A stretch of DNA of 37,210 bases, taken from a virus (Duplodnaviria > Caudoviricetes). Shown here in pieces: positions 7,910 through 17,371 of the stretch (position 1 is the stretch's first letter; each line of letters opens with the position of its first letter). The position numbers and the translations under genes were made by a program. The stretch spans positions 1 through 37,210 of IMG/VR virus record IMGVR_UViG_3300050162_000123; one strand, 5' to 3'. The notes beneath the pieces are model-generated. The model was not told where the DNA came from. It made no database searches and worked only from the letters and a program-made list of their open reading frames with translations.

Positions 7910-8403
7910 CGCAGACTGTTGATTGGATCGCCATCGAAGGCCACTACCTCGGAGGCAGCAGGTCTATCCGGGCCATCGCCGATGAGCATGGCGTCTCAGA
8001 GACGGCTATTCGGAAAAGGGCTACCAAGTTCGGGTGGACCCGGGATATCGCAGGGGCAAAACGAGAGGCGGTCAAGGCTGCGCTCGCTGGCGGTTCGCGC
8101 CCTGGTTCGCAGTTCGCATTGCGAACCAAAGATGAGGAAGCTGCCCAGGATGTGCAGGACATGGAGCAGGGGGTTCGGATCTATCGCAACGTCCTGGCAA
8201 AGATGGAGGCCCAGTCCGTGATGATCGCTGGACCCATCGATGCCAAGGTGATCGTCGAGGCCACAACCAAAGCCATCGATGGCATCCGAAAGATCCGGGG
8301 CCTAGATGATCCCGACCGTGGCACCAGTGAATCGGTCTTCGACGAACTCCAAATCACCCGCATGGCCGAGGTGATCCACATGAAGGCGGCCCGTCGTGAT
8401 TGA
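7906..8403 (+). CDS. terS: Terminase small subunit
   Basis: N-terminal HTH (DWIAIE..Y..G..SIRAIA..HGVSETAIRKRA..GW), immediately before terL. Confidence 0.8.
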   Translation: MTQTVDWIAIEGHYLGGSRSIRAIADEHGVSETAIRKRATKFGWTRDIAGAKREAVKAALAGGSRPGSQFALRTKDEEAAQDVQDMEQGVRIYRNVLAKMEAQSVMIAGPIDAKVIVEATTKAIDGIRKIRGLDDPDRGTSESVFDELQITRMAEVIHMKAARRD

Positions 8404-9772
8404 TTCCCTGGTTGCGTATGCCATCGGCCAGTGGAGCGGCTACACCCCAGCGCGGCACCATCACGCCATTGCCGAGGCTCTGGAGCGGGTGGAACGGGGC
8501 AAGTGCAAGCGGCTGATGATCTTCATGCCACCTCGGCACGGCAAGTCGATGCTCACCTCTGAATTCTTCCCCTCCTACTGGCTGGGCCACCACCCGGACA
8601 AGTTCATCATCACCTCGACCTATGCTCAGGGCTTGGCGGATGACTTCGGACGCAAGGTTCGCAACCTCTGCACGACACCCCAGCACCGGGCCTTCTTCAA
8701 GGGCTTCCAACTGCGACAGGACAGCACCAGCGCCAGCCGCTTCCACACGGGCAAGAATGGCGCTTACTTCGCTGTCGGCGCGGGCGGACCCATCACAGGG
8801 CGCGGTGCGCACTTGTTGCTGATCGATGACCCAACCAAGGGAAGGGAGGACGCCGAATCTGCAACGATGCGCCAGCGCCTCAAGGACTGGTATACCAGCG
8901 TCGCCCGGACGCGCCTTATGCCGGGCGGCGCCATCGTGGTCATCCAGACTCGCTGGCACGAAGACGACCTAGCGGGCTGGCTCCTCCGGGAGCACGCCCA
9001 TGAGAACTGGGAAGTCCTAAACCTCCCAGCGCTGGCAGAGCAGAACGATCCCCTTGGCCGGGCAGAGGGGGATGCGCTGTGGCCTGATGCCTACCCCGTG
9101 GAGGAACTGGAGATCATTAAGCGGTCCATCGGATCCAGGGATTGGGCGGCGCTTTACCAGCAGCGCCCCGCACCCATCGAGGGCGGGCTGGTCAAGGTGG
9201 CCTGGTTTCGCCGCTATGACGCGGCCCCCGCCACGCCCCGCAGGATCATCCAGAGCTGGGACACAGGACTCAAGGCTGCCGAGGTCAACGACCCCAGCGT
9301 GTGCACCACATGGGCCGAGACGGAGACGGGCTTCTATCTGCTTGACGCATACAAGGCCCGCCTGGAATACCCCGACCTGAAACGGTCGATCCAGAGTCTC
9401 GCAGATAAGTGGCAGCCCACAGCGATCCTGGTGGAGGACAAGGCCAGCGGCCAGAGCGTCATCCAGGACCTGCGCCAAACGACACGGCTCAGTATCGTGC
9501 CCATCAACCCCACCAAGGACAAGGTGGTGCGTCTCTTGGCCGTGACCGCAGCAATTGAGAGTGGGCGCGTGTTCCTCCCTAACGTGGCCCCATGGCTCCC
9601 GGACTATGAGGCTGAACTGGCGTCTTTCCCGAACGGGGCGCACGACGACCAGGTGGATAGCACAAGCCAGGCACTGACGTATCTCATGCGTGGCGGCGGC
9701 GCCACCGGCCTCCTGGACTGGCTGGAGCAGGAGGTGGCGGACATGGAACGGCAGAAGGGAGGGGCAGCGTGA
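8396..9772 (+). CDS. terL: Terminase large subunit
   Basis: MPPRHGKS Walker A, LLLIDDP Walker B, QTRWHEDDLAG, QSWDT, HDDQVDS nuclease motifs. Confidence 0.96.
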   Translation: MIDSLVAYAIGQWSGYTPARHHHAIAEALERVERGKCKRLMIFMPPRHGKSMLTSEFFPSYWLGHHPDKFIITSTYAQGLADDFGRKVRNLCTTPQHRAFFKGFQLRQDSTSASRFHTGKNGAYFAVGAGGPITGRGAHLLLIDDPTKGREDAESATMRQRLKDWYTSVARTRLMPGGAIVVIQTRWHEDDLAGWLLREHAHENWEVLNLPALAEQNDPLGRAEGDALWPDAYPVEELEIIKRSIGSRDWAALYQQRPAPIEGGLVKVAWFRRYDAAPATPRRIIQSWDTGLKAAEVNDPSVCTTWAETETGFYLLDAYKARLEYPDLKRSIQSLADKWQPTAILVEDKASGQSVIQDLRQTTRLSIVPINPTKDKVVRLLAVTAAIESGRVFLPNVAPWLPDYEAELASFPNGAHDDQVDSTSQALTYLMRGGGATGLLDWLEQEVADMERQKGGAA

Positions 9773-10014
9773 CTGGACTCGAAGAACTCCTCGCCGAACT
9801 CTTTGCCGACAAGGGGGCCCTTGATGCCCAATCCCTCGCCAAGAAAGCCATGCGCGACTTTAGGCTGGGCCAGCGGGACGCCAGGATCTACGAGCTGCGC
9901 GGGTCGATGACACAGGCCCAACTTGCGGAGCGCTTCAGCCTCACGGAACGGCGCATCAAGCAGATCATCCGGGCGCAGACCCGCTTGAGACAGTCGCTCA
10001 AAAAAGTTGGGTAA
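9769..10014 (+). CDS. Mor/C-like HTH transcriptional activator
   Basis: RDARIYEL.G...AQLAERFSLTERRIKQII resembles the Mor C-terminal HTH. Confidence 0.7.
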   Translation: MTGLEELLAELFADKGALDAQSLAKKAMRDFRLGQRDARIYELRGSMTQAQLAERFSLTERRIKQIIRAQTRLRQSLKKVG

Positions 10015-10063
10015 TGCCCGTTTCCCCCTCCCGGCATGAGCCTGGGGTGGGGAGGGTCTGCAC

Positions 10064-10600
10064 ATGGGTTTGACGCCGAGCGACATCGCATCCGCGACCC
10101 ACTGCCCCCTGAAGGCTGTTGAGGACAACTGGCCTCACCTGCTTGCCGCCCTGGATGAGTTTGGGATCAACGCCCCCCTCGTCCAGGTCGCGGTGTGCGC
10201 CACCATCTCCGTCGAGACAGCCGGACGCTTTGCCCCCATCAACGAGTTTGGCGGCGATGCCTACTTCACAAAGCACTACGAGGGCCGGAAGGATCTCGGG
10301 AATATCTGTGCCGGGGACGGCGCCAAGTATCATGGCCGCGGGTTCATCCAGATCACCGGGCGGTCGAACTATCGTGTGGTCGGACAAGCCCTGAACGTCG
10401 ACCTGGAAGGCAACCCGGACCTTGCGCTGGGCACCATCGTTTCCGCTCGGACCCTGGCTTGGTATTTCGCCAGCAGGCACGTTGCCTCCGCTGCCAGCGC
10501 TGCCGACTGGAAGCGCGTCCGCCGACTCGTCAATGGCGGGCTGAATGGGTGGCTGGAGTTCCAAGGGTGCGTCCAGGCCCTGCTGAAGGTGATGGGTTGA
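10064..10600 (+). CDS. Endolysin, glycoside hydrolase family 19 (chitinase-like)
   Basis: VET catalytic region, GDGAKYHGRGFIQITGRSNY, VNGGLNG. Confidence 0.93.
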   Translation: MGLTPSDIASATHCPLKAVEDNWPHLLAALDEFGINAPLVQVAVCATISVETAGRFAPINEFGGDAYFTKHYEGRKDLGNICAGDGAKYHGRGFIQITGRSNYRVVGQALNVDLEGNPDLALGTIVSARTLAWYFASRHVASAASAADWKRVRRLVNGGLNGWLEFQGCVQALLKVMG

Positions 10601-10920
10601 GCCTCTTCCGTGACTTCCGCAATCAGGTTTCCTGGGGCCGAGTGTGCGCGGCTGTGGCACTTGTTGTGGCTGTGGTCGGGCAGTTTTGGAAAGAGATGGA
10701 TTCATCCCACCTCATCATCTGGCTGGGGGTGGCTCTAGGCAATTACGGTGCGTCGAAGATCACGGAGATGGTCACGACCGCCAAGAGGGTCACGGTCGAG
10801 GCCGGACCAGCCGGGGGAAACCCCAATGGATGTGTCGAAACCCCCAACAAAACTGTCACTCCGTGCGAACCGGATGACAGGAAGGTTTCGGACCCCGGCA
10901 CAGATCAGGAGGGCGTATGA
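10597..10920 (+). CDS. Putative holin (2 TM helices)
   Basis: TTG start overlapping the endolysin stop; S-GRV motif, two hydrophobic segments, charged tail. Confidence 0.65.
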   Translation: MSLFRDFRNQVSWGRVCAAVALVVAVVGQFWKEMDSSHLIIWLGVALGNYGASKITEMVTTAKRVTVEAGPAGGNPNGCVETPNKTVTPCEPDDRKVSDPGTDQEGV

Positions 10921-11498
10921 CCCTCCGAACCGCTTTCCTTGGCATTGCGCTTGCGCTGGTGGCTGGCCTAGGTCTAGCCCATTACGTCATGAGCCGCAGC
11001 ACCAGCGAGGCGGCCCAGCAGTCCACCGCGTCCACTCAGGCCCACGGGGAGGCACTAGCACATGTCGATCAGGCCAAGACCAGCGACCAGAAGGCGGAAC
11101 AGCAGGCCCGCGCCATCCGGGACGCAGAATCAGAAGTTCAGCGTCTCCGTGTCGAAGTGGCGCGGATGCGCAAGATCGCTGCTCCCGCAGTGGCCCCATC
11201 GACTCCCACGGCTGAACCTGTTGCCCCTGTGGCTGACCTGGCTCCCCTGGTGGCCAAGCAGGATGAGCTGATCCAGGCCCAGGATGTCGAGATCCGGGGT
11301 CTCAAGGCTCAAGTGCTAACCCTGGCTACCTCCCGCGACCAGTGGAAGGGCGCATACGAGGCGGAGAGTAGGGCCAGGACCGCCCAGGCCATGGCGCTTG
11401 AGGCTCAGGTATCCGCTGCCAAGGCTGCGCGCTGGTCGGGACGATTTGAAGGCTTTGCTGTGGGCGCGGCCCTTGGCTATGTGGGGGGCAAGCTGTGA
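10917..11498 (+). CDS. Spanin-like coiled-coil membrane protein
   Basis: N-terminal TM helix, long Ala/Gln coiled coil with Pro-rich hinge, hydrophobic Gly-rich C-terminus; in lysis cassette. Confidence 0.6.
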   Translation: MTLRTAFLGIALALVAGLGLAHYVMSRSTSEAAQQSTASTQAHGEALAHVDQAKTSDQKAEQQARAIRDAESEVQRLRVEVARMRKIAAPAVAPSTPTAEPVAPVADLAPLVAKQDELIQAQDVEIRGLKAQVLTLATSRDQWKGAYEAESRARTAQAMALEAQVSAAKAARWSGRFEGFAVGAALGYVGGKL

Positions 11499-11719
11499 AC
11501 TATGCCGCGATTGTTGCCGCCATCATCGCTGCCGTTGTCGCCCTCCTGGCAGGCATGGCGGGACTCATCAAATCCATGGTGCTGGGGCGTCTCGATGAGA
11601 TCCAGACCACGATGAGCGGTTTGGCCCGCGAACTCCACCGGATGGATATCCGCCTGACCAAACTGGAGGCCGAGCACAACGTGCATATCTGCCGGATGCG
11701 TTCAGAGGTTACGGAATGA
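11495..11719 (+). CDS. Small membrane protein (holin/antiholin-like)
   Basis: N-terminal TM helix plus short coiled coil (RLTKLEA). Confidence 0.65.
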   Translation: MNYAAIVAAIIAAVVALLAGMAGLIKSMVLGRLDEIQTTMSGLARELHRMDIRLTKLEAEHNVHICRMRSEVTE

Positions 11720-13905
11720 CCGCCAAGGTCCTCACTCCTACCGTCGCCGCTGGCGTCTACCAGGCCGTGGTTGAGGCTGGTGAATGGTTCGGCCCCGGAG
11801 CCACCCTATCTCCTGTCGCTCCGCAGGCAGCAGGCCGGGCCTACGACTTCCAGACGGGCATCAACCTCCAGGCCCGCCCCAAGCTCTACGAGGGCACCAC
11901 TTTCCAAGAACTGCGCAACCTCGCAGACGGATACGACCTCCTGCGCCTGGTCATCGAGACACGCAAGGACCAGATCGAGAAGCTGTGCTGGGACATCAAG
12001 AAGCGTGGCGAGAAGATCCGCAAGAAGGGGGCTGCCCTCGATCCCCGCATTGAGAAGATCCGCGACTTCCTGGCTTACCCCGACCAAGAGCACACCTTCG
12101 GCACGTGGCTCAGGATGCTGCTGGAAGACCTGCTCGTCCTGGATGCCCCTGCGCTTTATGTCCGCAAGACCCGGGGCGGTGGACTCTTCGCCCTGGAGCC
12201 CATCGACGGCTCGACCATCAAGCGGATCCTGGACCCCACAGGCCGCACCCCCCTGGAGGGGCCTGCTTACCAGCAGATCCTCAAGGGCGTTGCTGCTGTG
12301 GACTACACCCGGGAAGAGCTGATCTATATGCCCCGGAACCCCCGGACGCACCGCGCCTTTGGGTTCGGCCCGGTCGAGCAGGTCATGACGACCGTGAACA
12401 TCGCTCTACGCCGCCAGCTCCACCAGCTCTCCTTCTACACTGAGGGCAACACGGGCAGCCTCGTGTTTGGTGTGCCCAAGGAGTGGACCCCTGAGCAGAC
12501 CAAGCGATTCGAGGACGGATGGAACAACCTCCTCGCGGGTAACAGCGCCCAGCGCGCCAAGGCCAAGTTCATCCCCTCGGACGTGAAGCCCTACGACACT
12601 AAGGAAGCCGCCCTCAAGGACGATTATGACGAGTGGCTGGCTCGCATTGTCTGCTTCGCCTTCAGCATCTCCCCCACGTCCCTGGTCAAAGAGACCAACC
12701 GGGCCACCGCCCAGACGGTGCAGTCTGCAGCCCTGTCTGAGGGGCTGGCCCCGGTCATGAACTGGGTCAGCGCCCTCATGGATCACATCATCCGGGACGT
12801 CTTCAGCGCCCCTGACCTGGAGTTTGTCTGGAGTGACGAGATCAGCATGGATCCGCTGGTCCGGTCCCAGGTGGACGCCCAGGACGTCACCAGCGGCGTG
12901 CGCACCGTCAATGAATGTCGTGAAGATCGCGGACTGGAGCCCCTCCCCGAGCCGGAGGCGGAACCAGTGCCGCCCATGAACCCGCCCCCGGGCACGGCCC
13001 CCACAACCGAAGGCCAGGAGCCGCCCCAGGTCCCTGCGTCCACTGATGAGCCGAGCGAAGGGGCGGGCACCCCCGCCAAGAAGGCCGAGGGTTGCGCCTG
13101 TGGCCACGACCACATCGAGAAGAAGGCCAAGGCATTGAAGCCCATCAAGCGGGACCGCCCCCTCTTGAAGAAGCTGCAAGCCAAGATCGAGAAGACCACA
13201 GCCAAGTTCCTCCAGGCCCAGGTCCGCCCCCTGGCCGAGCGGCTCCATGCCGTGCTACCAGAAGACTCCGAGAAGATGGCCAAGATGAGCCGAGAGGAGG
13301 CCAAGCAGCTTCTTGAGGCCCTGGCCATTGACTGGACTGAGTTGGGTGACGACCTGGAGTCCATCCTCGCCGCCATTGCTCAGGACGGCGCCTCCCAGGC
13401 GCTGACCCAGGTGGGCAAGAGCACTGCTGACATGCTGGACCAGGTGAATGAGAAGGCTGTCGCCTGGGCCGAGCAGCACGCCGCTGAGTTGGTGACCCAG
13501 TTGGAGGAGACCACCCGCAAGAGCCTCCAGGGCGACCTCGCCACCTCGATTGAACTGGGCATGTCGGTGGATGACATCGCCAAGGTCATCGGCGACGACT
13601 ACGGGTTCAGCGACTCTCGCGCCCAGCTTATCGCCACCACCGAGCGCGCCTTTGCTGATGTCGCCGGGAACAAGATGGGCTATGCCGAGTCCGGTGTCGT
13701 GGGCGGGCTCCAGTGGATCACCGCCAACGGGGGCGAGGATGACCGGATCTGTCCAGACTGCGAGATGAACGACGGTGCCACGGTCGGCATGGACGCCGAT
13801 GGCAACGCTTCCGAGGCCTTCCCGAGTGGGGCCACCACCGTTCCCGCTCATCCAGGTTGCTTATGTGACCTTTTGCCAGTGATCAACGAAAACGAGGAGG
13901 AATAA
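11716..13905 (+). CDS. Portal protein fused to Mu gpF/SPP1 gp7-like head morphogenesis domain
   Basis: Portal motifs (GFGPVEQ, TNRATA, RTVNECREDRGLEP), then Pro-rich linker, then RAQLIATTE...CPDC...PAHPGCLC. Confidence 0.9.
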   Translation: MTAKVLTPTVAAGVYQAVVEAGEWFGPGATLSPVAPQAAGRAYDFQTGINLQARPKLYEGTTFQELRNLADGYDLLRLVIETRKDQIEKLCWDIKKRGEKIRKKGAALDPRIEKIRDFLAYPDQEHTFGTWLRMLLEDLLVLDAPALYVRKTRGGGLFALEPIDGSTIKRILDPTGRTPLEGPAYQQILKGVAAVDYTREELIYMPRNPRTHRAFGFGPVEQVMTTVNIALRRQLHQLSFYTEGNTGSLVFGVPKEWTPEQTKRFEDGWNNLLAGNSAQRAKAKFIPSDVKPYDTKEAALKDDYDEWLARIVCFAFSISPTSLVKETNRATAQTVQSAALSEGLAPVMNWVSALMDHIIRDVFSAPDLEFVWSDEISMDPLVRSQVDAQDVTSGVRTVNECREDRGLEPLPEPEAEPVPPMNPPPGTAPTTEGQEPPQVPASTDEPSEGAGTPAKKAEGCACGHDHIEKKAKALKPIKRDRPLLKKLQAKIEKTTAKFLQAQVRPLAERLHAVLPEDSEKMAKMSREEAKQLLEALAIDWTELGDDLESILAAIAQDGASQALTQVGKSTADMLDQVNEKAVAWAEQHAAELVTQLEETTRKSLQGDLATSIELGMSVDDIAKVIGDDYGFSDSRAQLIATTERAFADVAGNKMGYAESGVVGGLQWITANGGEDDRICPDCEMNDGATVGMDADGNASEAFPSGATTVPAHPGCLCDLLPVINENEEE

Positions 13906-13907
13906 CC

Positions 13908-14198
13908 ATGGCAACCATTCGAGTGCTGCCCCCTGACGCCTCGGCCATCTCCACCATTGTGAATGGCCGCACCTATTCGACCACGGGCGGAACCCCTCTG
14001 GACGTCCCCGACTTCGATGCCCTGGTCCTCAAGGCTAACGGCTGGCACATCTCGGACGGGTCCGGGGTGGGCACTACCACCACTCGGCCCACCATGGGCC
14101 TGACCAAGGGAATGAGGTTCACCGATACCACGCTGGGCTATTCCATCACATGGGACGGCAAGGCTTGGCGTAACCCCGTGACTGGAGCGACCGTATGA
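13908..14198 (+). CDS. Hypothetical virion-associated protein
   Basis: GAGGAGG RBS; GTTTTRP...FTDTTLG..ITWDG..W motif typical of phage structural beta proteins. Confidence 0.7.
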   Translation: MATIRVLPPDASAISTIVNGRTYSTTGGTPLDVPDFDALVLKANGWHISDGSGVGTTTTRPTMGLTKGMRFTDTTLGYSITWDGKAWRNPVTGATV

Positions 14199-15424
14199 AG
14201 ACCAAGCGCAAGGCTAACTTTTTCGTCCCTTTCGAGAAGGTGGAGAAGCAGGAGGACGGAACCCTCCTCGTGTCTGGCATCGCCTCATCTGAGGCTGTGG
14301 ACAGCGATGGCGAGACCATCACCGCCGACGCCATGAAGGCTGCCCTGCCGGACTACATGAAGTTCGCCAACATCCGGGAGATGCACCAACCCATCGCCGC
14401 TGGCACCGCACTCAAGTGCGAGGTGGACAGCGAAGGGGTCACCCACATCGAAACCAAGATCGTGGACCCCACCACCATCCTCAAGATCGAGGAAGAGGTG
14501 CTAAAGGGCTTCTCTGTGGGTGGGGCCATTACTAGCCGGGACCCCCTCAACAAGACCATCATCACCGGCATTCGCCTCAGTGAGATCTCCGTGGTGGACC
14601 GCCCCGCAAATCCCCTGGCCGTGTTCAAGCTGGCCAAGCTGGAGGGTGGTGATACGGTGACCCTGGGTGAACTCCGCAAAAGCATGTGGACGGTCCAGGA
14701 CTTCGCGGGCGTGCTGTCCTCCATCGGGTGGATGGCCCAGGAAACCGCCCGGGAGGCCGAGTATGAGGGCGACAACAGCCCCATCCCTGCCGCCCTCCGC
14801 GACTGGCTGGCCCAGGGTGCCGAGATCTTTCAGGAGATGGCCGCCGAGGAGATCCAGGAACTGCTGGCCACGCTGCCCCAGCCCGCCACGGTGGAACCCC
14901 TTGCGATGGCGGACCAGGGCGGCGACCTCGCCAAAGCCAAGAAGCTCACCGCCTCCGACAAGGCTGCCCTCAACGGCGCCCACAAGGAAGCCTCCGACCT
15001 GCACAAGTCCCTCGGCGGGTGCCTCGACAAGCTGGCCAAGCTCTGGGCCGATGATGAAGAGGAGGATCCCGAAGACGAGGGCGACGGCAAGAACCCGCCC
15101 GAGGACGACAAGAAGGACGAGCCCGAGAAGGCCGCTGCGACCGAGGATCTACAGAAGATGGCAGGCCTGACGTCCGACCTCGCCAAGGCCCAGGCCACCA
15201 TCGCCGACCTCCAGAAGCAGCTCGACGCCAAGCCTGAACCTCCCAAGGGCGTCATCAACGCCAACGTGGCCATCAGCAAGGCCCAGGACATTGCCACCCC
15301 CAACGCCAATGACGCCGAGCTTATGAAGCAGGCCGAGGCCATCTCCAAATTCCCCCCCGAGGAGCAGGCCCGCCTCCTCATCAAGGCCATGCATACCGCT
15401 GGCCCTGTTGCCGCCACCCGATAA
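14195..15424 (+). CDS. HK97-type prohead protease with scaffold-like C-terminus
   Basis: DSDGE, REMH, GFSVGG, EISVVDRPANP; acidic coiled-coil tail. Confidence 0.92.
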   Translation: MKTKRKANFFVPFEKVEKQEDGTLLVSGIASSEAVDSDGETITADAMKAALPDYMKFANIREMHQPIAAGTALKCEVDSEGVTHIETKIVDPTTILKIEEEVLKGFSVGGAITSRDPLNKTIITGIRLSEISVVDRPANPLAVFKLAKLEGGDTVTLGELRKSMWTVQDFAGVLSSIGWMAQETAREAEYEGDNSPIPAALRDWLAQGAEIFQEMAAEEIQELLATLPQPATVEPLAMADQGGDLAKAKKLTASDKAALNGAHKEASDLHKSLGGCLDKLAKLWADDEEEDPEDEGDGKNPPEDDKKDEPEKAAATEDLQKMAGLTSDLAKAQATIADLQKQLDAKPEPPKGVINANVAISKAQDIATPNANDAELMKQAEAISKFPPEEQARLLIKAMHTAGPVAATR

Positions 15425-15507
15425 CCGACGCCTCGCCTTTGCCGGATAAATACCGGCCCCTGGCGTCCTCCCCTTGCCGCAAAACAGCGGCCCATCCGGA
15501 GGAACAC

Positions 15508-17025
15508 ATGAACACTGCCCAGATCCTCGAGGCCCTCAAGAAGGCCCAGGCCGAACCCATCACCGACGCCCTTGCTAAGGGCTTCACCCAGAACGGCACC
15601 GCAACCCAGGGGCTCCAGTCCTACGACCTCGAAGACCCCGCCAAGCTCCTCATCCCCGTCCTCACTCCCCTGCGCAACCTCATCCCCCGGCGCTTGGGTG
15701 GTTTCGGTTCCCAGGCCAACTGGAAGGCCATCACGGGCATCAACACCACCAACCAGCGGGCGGGCGTGTCCGAGGGAAACCGGGGCGCCGCCATCTCCCA
15801 GAGCACGGCTGAATACCTGGCCGCCTATCGAGGCTACGGCCTGGAGAACTTCGTCACCTTCGAGGCGGATCTGGCTGCCCAGGGATTCATGGACCTGAAG
15901 GCCCTGGCCGTCCAGCAGCTTCTTCAAGCCCTGATGATCCAGGAAGAGCGCCTGGACCTGGGCGGCAACACCTCCCTGGCCCTGGGCACCACCCCCACCC
16001 CCACCCTTGTGGCTGGGACCGCTGGCAGCATGGCGACCCAGGCCGCCGCCTCTGTGATCTGCGTGGCTCTTGGCCCCCAGGCCTATCTGGATGTCGCCGG
16101 GCACAACAACGGTGTCACCGGGCAGGTCTTTGACTCCACGACCGCCGTGGTCCCCGGCCAGCTTACCAAGACCAACACGGACGCCAGCACGGACACCTTC
16201 GGGGGCGGCTCTGCTCAGAAGAGCGCCAGCGCCACGGTCTCTGTCACTGGTGCGACGGGCTCCATCGCCGCCACCGTCGCCGCCGTCAAGGGCGCCTGGG
16301 GTTACGCTTGGTTCGTCGGGGCCACGGCTGGCACCGAGCGCCTTGCGGCCATCACCTCGATCAACTCTGTGGTGCTCACCAGCTACCCCGCCTCGGGCCA
16401 GTTGGCTTCCACCCTGACCGCTGTGGACAGCTCCACCAGCACCCTCGACTATGACGGCATCTACACTCAGGCCGCCAAGTCTGCGGGCTACTGGGCCACC
16501 ATGGCGACGGGGACCGCTGGCACCGGCACCGCGCTGACCAGTGATGGTGCGGGCGGCATCAGCGAGATCGAGGCGGCCTTCATCGCCTTCTACAACAAGT
16601 ACCGCATGAGCCCCACCCGGATCTTCGTCAGCTCCCAGGAGTGCGTGAACATCACCAAGAAGATCATCGGCAACGGCGGGGCTCCCCTGATCCGCTTCGC
16701 GATGGACGCCAAGAACATCGCGGACGGCCAGATCAGCGCGGGCGTCGTCATCGGCTCCTACCTGAACAAGGTGATGAACTGCCAGGTGCCCATCCAGGTG
16801 CATCCCAACCTCGCTCCCGGCACGATCCTCTTCTACACCGACTCTCTGCCCTACCCCATGAACGGTGTGGCCGACGTCGTGCGGAAGAAGCTGCGCCGGG
16901 ACTACTACCAGCTCGAATGGCCCCTGAAGAGCCGCAAGTACGAATATGGCGTTTACGCCGATGGCGTACTGCAGCACTACGCCCCCTTCAGCCTCGGTGT
17001 GATCACCAACATAACAAATGGGTAA
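15508..17025 (+). CDS. Major capsid protein with internal Thr/Ala-rich insertion
   Basis: GGAGG RBS before ATG 15508; follows the protease; YDLE-PAK..P..TPLRN motif; ends GVITNITNG. Confidence 0.88.
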   Translation: MNTAQILEALKKAQAEPITDALAKGFTQNGTATQGLQSYDLEDPAKLLIPVLTPLRNLIPRRLGGFGSQANWKAITGINTTNQRAGVSEGNRGAAISQSTAEYLAAYRGYGLENFVTFEADLAAQGFMDLKALAVQQLLQALMIQEERLDLGGNTSLALGTTPTPTLVAGTAGSMATQAAASVICVALGPQAYLDVAGHNNGVTGQVFDSTTAVVPGQLTKTNTDASTDTFGGGSAQKSASATVSVTGATGSIAATVAAVKGAWGYAWFVGATAGTERLAAITSINSVVLTSYPASGQLASTLTAVDSSTSTLDYDGIYTQAAKSAGYWATMATGTAGTGTALTSDGAGGISEIEAAFIAFYNKYRMSPTRIFVSSQECVNITKKIIGNGGAPLIRFAMDAKNIADGQISAGVVIGSYLNKVMNCQVPIQVHPNLAPGTILFYTDSLPYPMNGVADVVRKKLRRDYYQLEWPLKSRKYEYGVYADGVLQHYAPFSLGVITNITNG

Positions 17026-17040
17026 TCCACCCCTCGCCTG

Positions 17041-17058
17041 GGGGCTCTCTGGAGCCCC
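17041..17058 (+). terminator. Hairpin after the capsid gene (weak terminator or mRNA stabiliser)
   Basis: GGGGCTC-tctg-GAGCCCC; no clean U tract. Confidence 0.45.
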
Positions 17059-17080
17059 TGGGCCTTCTTCTGGAGTTGGC

Positions 17081-17368
17081 ATGGCCAAGCTCTATACCAA
17101 AGACGGACACACCGCCATCTCCTGGCAGGGCCAGCAGTTCGAGGCCGACGCCAATGGTGTCTTTGAGGTGCCTGATGACGCCGCTCCCGAGCTGGCTGCC
17201 TTCGGTCTCATCCCTGGCGAGCCCGAGACTGTCACCGTACCCGTGAGTCAGTGGAAGAACGACGTCCTGTTGGCCAAGGCTGCCGAACTGGGCCTGGAGC
17301 TCGCCGCCGACATCAAGCGACCCGACCTCATCAAGGCCGTCTCTGAAGCCCTCAAGGCGGCGGAGTAA
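17081..17368 (+). CDS. Hypothetical head-associated protein with C-terminal HeH/Rho-N-like helical motif
   Basis: GGAG RBS; L.AKAAELGL....KRPDLIKA. Confidence 0.7.
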   Translation: MAKLYTKDGHTAISWQGQQFEADANGVFEVPDDAAPELAAFGLIPGEPETVTVPVSQWKNDVLLAKAAELGLELAADIKRPDLIKAVSEALKAAE

Positions 17369-17371
17369 CCC

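Noticed and set aside
14830-17088. 752-aa minus-strand ORF (and similar ones at 20815-22182, 26347-27522, 5078-6061)
   Set aside because: Shadows of well-supported plus-strand genes caused by codon bias.
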